This document shows, piece by piece, positions 58,997-64,000 of a stretch of 64,000 nt of DNA. The notes beneath the pieces are model-generated. The model was not told the DNA's origin and made no database searches. It saw nothing but the letters and a program-made list of their open reading frames with translations. The position numbers and the translations under genes are program-made. Source of the DNA: a virus (lineage: Duplodnaviria; Caudoviricetes); IMG/VR virus record IMGVR_UViG_3300028048_000069, positions 64,001 through 128,000 of that record. One strand, written 5' to 3'. Numbering within the stretch: position 1 is the first letter of the stretch; each line of letters starts with the position of its first letter.

Positions 58997-59843
58997 ATTA
59001 TTAAAAGCAAATGAATGGAAAGTAGAAAGAAGACATCACGATACAGAAAATGGTGAAGATTATTACTATATATGGGGACCAGAAGGTGAATATTGTGATG
59101 CCGATGGCGAACCCTATCGTTTTGATAGTAGAGAAGATGCTTTAGAAGAAGTAGAATATTTAAAGTCTGAACATAAGTTTGATAAAAAATCTAGAAATTT
59201 GACCCGTTCAGAAAGACATAATAAAATGATGAATGGTATTTTTGAATACAAAAATAAAATTGATAATGCCAAAGCAGAATTTTTAAAATCAAAAGGGTTG
59301 TCTGAAGAAGAATTAGAATACTTAAAAAAGAATACGGGTTTAGGAAGAGATGCTCTTGATGAAAAACTTATTGAACTTGGATTACATAAAGAATTTTGGA
59401 ATACTCAAAAGAATGCTTCAAAAAAAGTAACTTCAAAATTAGAATCTGGAAAATGGTATAAAATAAATGGTAACCCATTATCTTTACAATTTACTGGTGA
59501 AACTACTCGTTCTGGTAATCTTATTTTTGTAAAAGCAGATGGAACACAAGTGGTATTAGACCCAAGTGTAGAAAAACTTGCTGAAGAATTTGATTATGAA
59601 AAACATAACAAAATAGCATCCAAGAAAGTTAAATCAGGCGAAAGTTATGGTTGGTATGTAGATGCAGGCGAAGCCTGGGATAAACTTCAACTGTGGATTG
59701 ATACTGTTGGTGCGGAAGCAGCATTAGATGATATTGCACATGCTATGGGCACAGACGAACTTTCTGAATGTTTAGCCTTTATCTTTAGAAATAATGACTT
59801 CAAAGAAGGTTGCTCTGATTATGAAGAAGAGGAAGATGAATAA
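58986..59843 (+). CDS. Putative internal head polyprotein (leader MKFKLLKA)
   Basis: Shared leader; internal ASKKVTS and ASKKVKS linkers. Confidence 0.6.
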   Translation: MKFKLLKANEWKVERRHHDTENGEDYYYIWGPEGEYCDADGEPYRFDSREDALEEVEYLKSEHKFDKKSRNLTRSERHNKMMNGIFEYKNKIDNAKAEFLKSKGLSEEELEYLKKNTGLGRDALDEKLIELGLHKEFWNTQKNASKKVTSKLESGKWYKINGNPLSLQFTGETTRSGNLIFVKADGTQVVLDPSVEKLAEEFDYEKHNKIASKKVKSGESYGWYVDAGEAWDKLQLWIDTVGAEAALDDIAHAMGTDELSECLAFIFRNNDFKEGCSDYEEEEDE

Positions 59844-60502
59844 TGAAATTTAAATTATTAAAAGCATCGACGAGTGTAAAAACAGTAGTTCCTTTATTTG
59901 ATGGTTTTTATAATACCATTTTTGAAAATTATTGGAACAGCCAAGAAGAAATAGGAAGAGTATTTACCGATAAAGTAAATGAAAAAATAGGTAGCATATT
60001 ACCTTCTTTCAGTTATACTTTTGAAAAAATTTATTCTCCTGCTCAATACAATTATAGCACAGATGAAATTTATGCAACCGCTACATTTGATATGAACGAG
60101 TTGATGAATTATTTATCTGCTAATAAAAGTGCCTTTGATTCTTTTGCTCAAAGTAATTTTTCGAGTTATGATGGGTTTATTTCATTCGTTCCTAATAACT
60201 ATGATGAATTTGTACAAGAATTAACATCCAAAGGTAGCAGTGATTTATCAAGTTTTGTAGTTGGTGCTGTTGAATTTATTTTGTATAACGAATATGGAGA
60301 TAATATTAAGAACGATTTAAATGAAGACACCTACTATGATATGGATGTCCCAGAAGATGAAAGATGGGAAGTAGATGGTTTTACTTATGATACGGAAGAA
60401 GATGCTCGTTTAGAGTTTAAAAATGTATGTGAAAGTGAACCTTCTGAAGACCATGTTTTAATGTTAAACGACGAAGAAGTAGAATTTTATAAGGGTAAAT
60501 AG
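59843..60502 (+). CDS. Putative internal head protein (leader MKFKLLKA), very acidic
   Basis: Shared leader; FDGFYNT...SPAQYNYSTD...SYDGFISF. Confidence 0.6.
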   Translation: MKFKLLKASTSVKTVVPLFDGFYNTIFENYWNSQEEIGRVFTDKVNEKIGSILPSFSYTFEKIYSPAQYNYSTDEIYATATFDMNELMNYLSANKSAFDSFAQSNFSSYDGFISFVPNNYDEFVQELTSKGSSDLSSFVVGAVEFILYNEYGDNIKNDLNEDTYYDMDVPEDERWEVDGFTYDTEEDARLEFKNVCESEPSEDHVLMLNDEEVEFYKGK

Positions 60503-60504
60503 TT

Positions 60505-60861
60505 ATGAAATTTATAAGAGTTTTAAAAGGTGGTTTAAGCCAAAGAGAGTTAGACCAAATAGGTGCTTTACCAAGCGATAAAGTAGGAAAGTATAATCTT
60601 TATCAAGGTCAAGGTGAATTTTATATAACTAAACATAAATTGGATGATACTCTTGCTTTAATGGAAACTGCCGATACTTTTGAAGAAATCTATGATGCAT
60701 ATCGGTTAGATTTTGAAGAAAATCCTTTGGTAATAGATAAGAATTTACAATCAGAATATGAAAACTATTGGGGTACAGAAATAGAATTAGACCCAGACAT
60801 TGAAGATGACAATTTTGAAAATTATGGTTTTTATGATTTGAGTAGCCATTATGCAGATTAG
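60505..60861 (+). CDS. Putative internal head protein (leader MKFIRVLKG), very acidic
   Basis: Shared leader. Confidence 0.6.
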   Translation: MKFIRVLKGGLSQRELDQIGALPSDKVGKYNLYQGQGEFYITKHKLDDTLALMETADTFEEIYDAYRLDFEENPLVIDKNLQSEYENYWGTEIELDPDIEDDNFENYGFYDLSSHYAD

Positions 60862-60871
60862 GGAGTAAATA

Positions 60872-61219
60872 ATGAAATTTAAAGTTAAATCAGAACAAAC
60901 AGTAGAAGTATCAATGAGTTGGTATTTGAGTTTATTGGAAAAGGAACTTCAAAAAGCCAATGAAAGATGGGGCGGAGAAGCATCAGTTGCTTTAGCACCT
61001 AGATTATTGGAATTAATAGAAGATGTTGGACCTGGCCAGAATAGTGACCCCGACTATATAGCCGATAACTTCGTTATAAATGGCGAATTTGTAGAAAAAG
61101 AAGAATTTAAAGAAGGCGGAGAACACGATTATTTTTATAAAAAATATAATGGTGATTGGCAAGCACTATGTGATGATGCCCTAATTTATGACGAAAACTA
61201 TGCTTGTATGCAATTTTAA
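60872..61219 (+). CDS. Putative internal head protein (leader MKFKVKS), acidic
   Basis: Shortened shared leader. Confidence 0.55.
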   Translation: MKFKVKSEQTVEVSMSWYLSLLEKELQKANERWGGEASVALAPRLLELIEDVGPGQNSDPDYIADNFVINGEFVEKEEFKEGGEHDYFYKKYNGDWQALCDDALIYDENYACMQF

Positions 61220-61270
61220 AGAGGCAAAATAAAAAACATAAAATAAACTCTTAAAAAATTAAAACACACG

Positions 61271-61307
61271 AATTAAAGCCTCTATACTATTTAGAGGCTT
61301 TAATTTT
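61271..61307 (+). terminator. Stem-loop AATTAAAGCCTCTA/TAGAGGCTTTAATT
   Basis: 14-bp perfect inverted repeat. Confidence 0.7.
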
Positions 61308-61331
61308 ATGTATAAGGAGAATAAAGTAGAA

Positions 61332-61685
61332 ATGAAGAAAGTATTAGTAACAGCAGTATTAGTAACACCCTTACTCACATTCGGTCAAAGCAGAGTAGAT
61401 ACAACCATAGGCTCTTATGGGTTTAAACTAGCATTACAGCCAAAATCTGTTACTCAAATGGATTTGCAAAATAATATACAAAGGCAAATTGTAAAGCAGC
61501 AGACTAAAGCGAAGGTAGAAAAGGCAAAGAAATTAACCAAAGAGCATTGTACAGAAAATAAATGTACATTCAAACAAGTATTAAAGGCAGTATTTTTAGG
61601 CGGTAAATTTCCTTGGGAAACAGAAGAACAATACAAGGATAGGTTACAGAGAAGTACACATCCTTCAAACTTGCCTTTTAAATAA
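61332..61685 (+). CDS. Secreted protein (moron-like)
   Basis: Signal peptide MKKVLVTAVLVTPLLTFG-Q; flanked by hairpins. Confidence 0.65.
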   Translation: MKKVLVTAVLVTPLLTFGQSRVDTTIGSYGFKLALQPKSVTQMDLQNNIQRQIVKQQTKAKVEKAKKLTKEHCTENKCTFKQVLKAVFLGGKFPWETEEQYKDRLQRSTHPSNLPFK

Positions 61686-61688
61686 CTT

Positions 61689-61718
61689 AAACCTAGACAA
61701 TAAAATGTCTAGGTTTTT
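61689..61718 (+). terminator. Terminator AAACCTAGACA/TGTCTAGGTTT plus T-tract
   Basis: 11-bp stem. Confidence 0.8.
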
Positions 61719-61725
61719 ATTATCT

Positions 61726-61737
61726 TCATTTATATTT
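61726..61737 (+). promoter_or_regulatory. Late motif TCATTTATATTT
   Basis: Exact copy before the protease gene. Confidence 0.65.
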
Positions 61738-61781
61738 ATAGAATAATTATTTTATACCAAATTTGGAGATTTTAATTTAAT

Positions 61782-63446
61782 ATGCCTTTCAAAAGAATTG
61801 CAACTCTTGATATTAAACAAGTGTATGCTACTGATGAAAATGGAAAATTTCAGTGGCGTAGTTTCGTAAAACAAGCGAATGATAACCCATCTCAAGATAG
61901 AACAGATTTCCTACCTAAAGATGCTTACAAATATGATACAAACCATTTCTTATTTTTAACTGCTAGAGCCATTTCTGGTGGCGAAAAATGGGGACATAAT
62001 GGTAACTATGATTACTTTCCTTGGGAAGAAATTAAGAAAGCATTACCGACCTATCCTGGATGTGGTTTCTATATTGAACATAAAGAAGATAGTGAAGAAG
62101 ATGCTAAAGGTATCGTATTAGATGCTTTTGCTAATGATGAAGAAGAGTATGCAGTTTGTTTATGCGCTATTGATAAAGATGAATACCCAGAGTTTTGCCA
62201 ACAAATTTTAGATGGTACTTATAATCAAGTATCAATGTCTTGTTTGGCTAATGAATGTGAATGCTCTGAATGTGGTAATGTGGCTCATAGTTTTGATGAA
62301 TTATGTCAACATATGAACCCTAATATGCCAGTTACTTATATGAAAGGTAAAACAAATGACAAAGGCGAAGATATATACGAAATTAACAGAGATTTATGTT
62401 TTAGTGGATTGTCGGCTGTGGCAGTTCCTGCTGATAAAGACGCCTTCGTATTTGACATTAAGGCTTCGAAGAAAAAAGAAAATAAATTACAAGCAGAATT
62501 GGTTAAATATCAAAATATCAAACAAGCCGCTAAAATGAAAGAATTTAGAACGGCCTGTGAAGAAGAATTTAAAGCATTAGATACAGTTGCTTTATTAAAT
62601 AAACTTCAAACTTGTGCGAATGCTATTACAAATCAAGTAATGGATAACAGTACAGGTGGCAGAGATATTATAAATGCCCCATTACAAGGTATTTTGAAAG
62701 AGTTAATGGAACTTCAAATCGGATTAACAGTATTAGATTTAAATAAACTAGCAACTCCTTCTGTTGATAATACAGTAGCGGTTGAAGGTGAACCTGAAAC
62801 AGAAATGCCAGAAATTACTACTAATGTTGAAGAAGAATCTAAATTAGGAGAAGGTCATATTCTTACTTATAAAGATTTAAAGAACCAATATAACGAAGAA
62901 GAAGAAGTTAATTTTGATAAGGAGATAAATTCAATGTTAAAACAAGCATCCTTCTATGAGGATTTCCAAAAAGACAAGTCAGGTACTGGAGTTATAAAAA
63001 TAATTGATCAATTAAATGTTATGGCTAATGATCTTCGCGATTCTTTTACAAATAAAGATAATAGAATGGGACAAAGATCTACGAAAAGTATTGCCGAATA
63101 TATAATAAAAAAAGCAGATAAATTGAAAGACGCTGCTATCAAATTAAAAGAAAGATATCCCGAAAAAAATAAAGTAGAACCTATATTTAATTTTGATAAA
63201 GAAATAGAATCATATGATAATTGGTCATATACTCCATTTAGTTCCACTGCAAGCAAAGGAAGAAATATTAAGTATTTTGATAATACAATGGATATGTTGA
63301 AATGGATAAAACAAAATAAAGATTCCATTCAAAACGTAACCATAGAGATGAATTGTTTTGGAGATTCGTGCGCTAAAGTAACATATGAAACCTCTAAGGA
63401 AATAGACTCATCTTTAGATAAAATTATTGAAAAAACTTATAAATAA
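61782..63446 (+). CDS. Capsid maturation (prohead) protease with zinc insertion and long C-terminal extension
   Basis: N.N.D.F, IEH, KGIVLDA, VSMSC, CSECG..C.H, EIN..L.F..LSAVAVPAD. Confidence 0.7.
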   Translation: MPFKRIATLDIKQVYATDENGKFQWRSFVKQANDNPSQDRTDFLPKDAYKYDTNHFLFLTARAISGGEKWGHNGNYDYFPWEEIKKALPTYPGCGFYIEHKEDSEEDAKGIVLDAFANDEEEYAVCLCAIDKDEYPEFCQQILDGTYNQVSMSCLANECECSECGNVAHSFDELCQHMNPNMPVTYMKGKTNDKGEDIYEINRDLCFSGLSAVAVPADKDAFVFDIKASKKKENKLQAELVKYQNIKQAAKMKEFRTACEEEFKALDTVALLNKLQTCANAITNQVMDNSTGGRDIINAPLQGILKELMELQIGLTVLDLNKLATPSVDNTVAVEGEPETEMPEITTNVEEESKLGEGHILTYKDLKNQYNEEEEVNFDKEINSMLKQASFYEDFQKDKSGTGVIKIIDQLNVMANDLRDSFTNKDNRMGQRSTKSIAEYIIKKADKLKDAAIKLKERYPEKNKVEPIFNFDKEIESYDNWSYTPFSSTASKGRNIKYFDNTMDMLKWIKQNKDSIQNVTIEMNCFGDSCAKVTYETSKEIDSSLDKIIEKTYK

Positions 63447-63452
63447 GTTATT

Positions 63453-63464
63453 TCATTTATATTT
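63453..63464 (+). promoter_or_regulatory. Late motif TCATTTATATTT
   Basis: Exact copy before the scaffold gene. Confidence 0.65.
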
Positions 63465-63518
63465 TTAACTAGGAATGTCCTAGGATTGATTTATTTTAAT
63501 AACGGAGAATAACTCTAA

Positions 63519-64000
63519 ATGGCTAAAAGAAAAATCAAAGCTGAAGAAGAGGTCAAAGAAACAGCAGACCTCGAAAAAGACGACAAAGATTTAGAAGTTA
63601 AAGAAGAAGTGACAGAAGAAACTCCTAAAGCCGACGAAAAGGCCGAAGAAGAAAAACCTGCCACCGAAGAAAAAGAAGATCTTATCGTTTTATCAGATGG
63701 TGCCACAGTTGAAGAAAATGTTAAATTGACGGAAGAAGAAGCCGACGATTTAGCAAAAATTACAAAGGCTGATGGTACTGAAATCTTCATTCAAACCCCA
63801 GAAGGTTCTGAAGAAGAAAAGAAAGAAGTTTATGAAGCTATCGTAGATGCCGAAAAACCTGAAGAAGAAGTCGCTGAAGATTTAGAATCTGAAGTGAATG
63901 ATGAATTAGGTGCTGAACCTTTACCTGAAACAATGGAAGAAATTGATGGAGTGGCTTATGTTCCTGCTGCTTGTCATACTGCCCATGCTTCATTAAATAA
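63519..64000 (+). CDS. Very acidic protein, probable capsid scaffold (3'-truncated)
   Basis: MAKRKIKAEEEVKE..., Glu-rich; open to the window end; GGAG RBS; follows the protease. Confidence 0.65.
   Translation, partial: MAKRKIKAEEEVKETADLEKDDKDLEVKEEVTEETPKADEKAEEEKPATEEKEDLIVLSDGATVEENVKLTEEEADDLAKITKADGTEIFIQTPEGSEEEKKEVYEAIVDAEKPEEEVAEDLESEVNDELGAEPLPETMEEIDGVAYVPAACHTAHASLN

Noticed and set aside
4343-63790. Minus-strand ORFs in the track (e.g. 13643..14065, 15829..16227, 63515..63790)
   Set aside because: All lie antisense to well-supported + strand genes and have no recognisable motifs; they are shadow ORFs
1-64000. Stop-codon reassignment
   Set aside because: Core and structural genes are full length in the standard code; TAG and TGA end genes at sensible places, and the primase remnant after TAG 6178 is out of frame
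1-64000. tRNA or rRNA genes, integrase, transposase
   Set aside because: No cloverleaf-like intergenic sequence or recombinase/transposase motif was recognised; a tRNAscan run would be needed to exclude tRNAs fully

Overview
A 64-kb slice of a large, AT-rich tailed dsDNA phage genome, with essentially all genes on the + strand in the standard code. 1-20 kb is a self-contained, bacterial-style replication and recombination module: DnaC-like loader, DnaB, intein-containing DnaG, DnaX/delta'/delta clamp loader, beta-clamp, family A polymerase (Leu762 type), SSB, RecA, resolvase, sigma-like factor and ThyX, interleaved with five DNA methyltransferases. 20-40 kb holds early/accessory genes under sigma70-like promoters (dUTPase, ligase, phosphatases, thioredoxin, a sixth MTase, Lar-like protein, DEDD exonuclease, many small ORFs). 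40-64 kb holds late genes: mosaic tail fibre/adhesin genes, a Stealth-family phosphotransferase, lysis candidates, small acidic proteins, a prohead protease and a truncated scaffold. The strongest unexplained signals are: (1) four fork-cluster MTases and other replication proteins carry terminal LF/IF/VF motifs, suggesting methyltransferases tethered to the phage's own sliding clamp; (2) nine unrelated late proteins share an N-terminal MKFxx[VL][ILV]K[AS] leader that also matches the scaffold and protease junction, suggesting a capsid-targeting and cleavage tag for packaged cargo; (3) a conserved TCATTTATATTT motif precedes late transcription units; (4) there are footprints of MTase cassette insertion and strong AGCT/GATC depletion. 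All calls come from reading motifs by eye; no database search was run.
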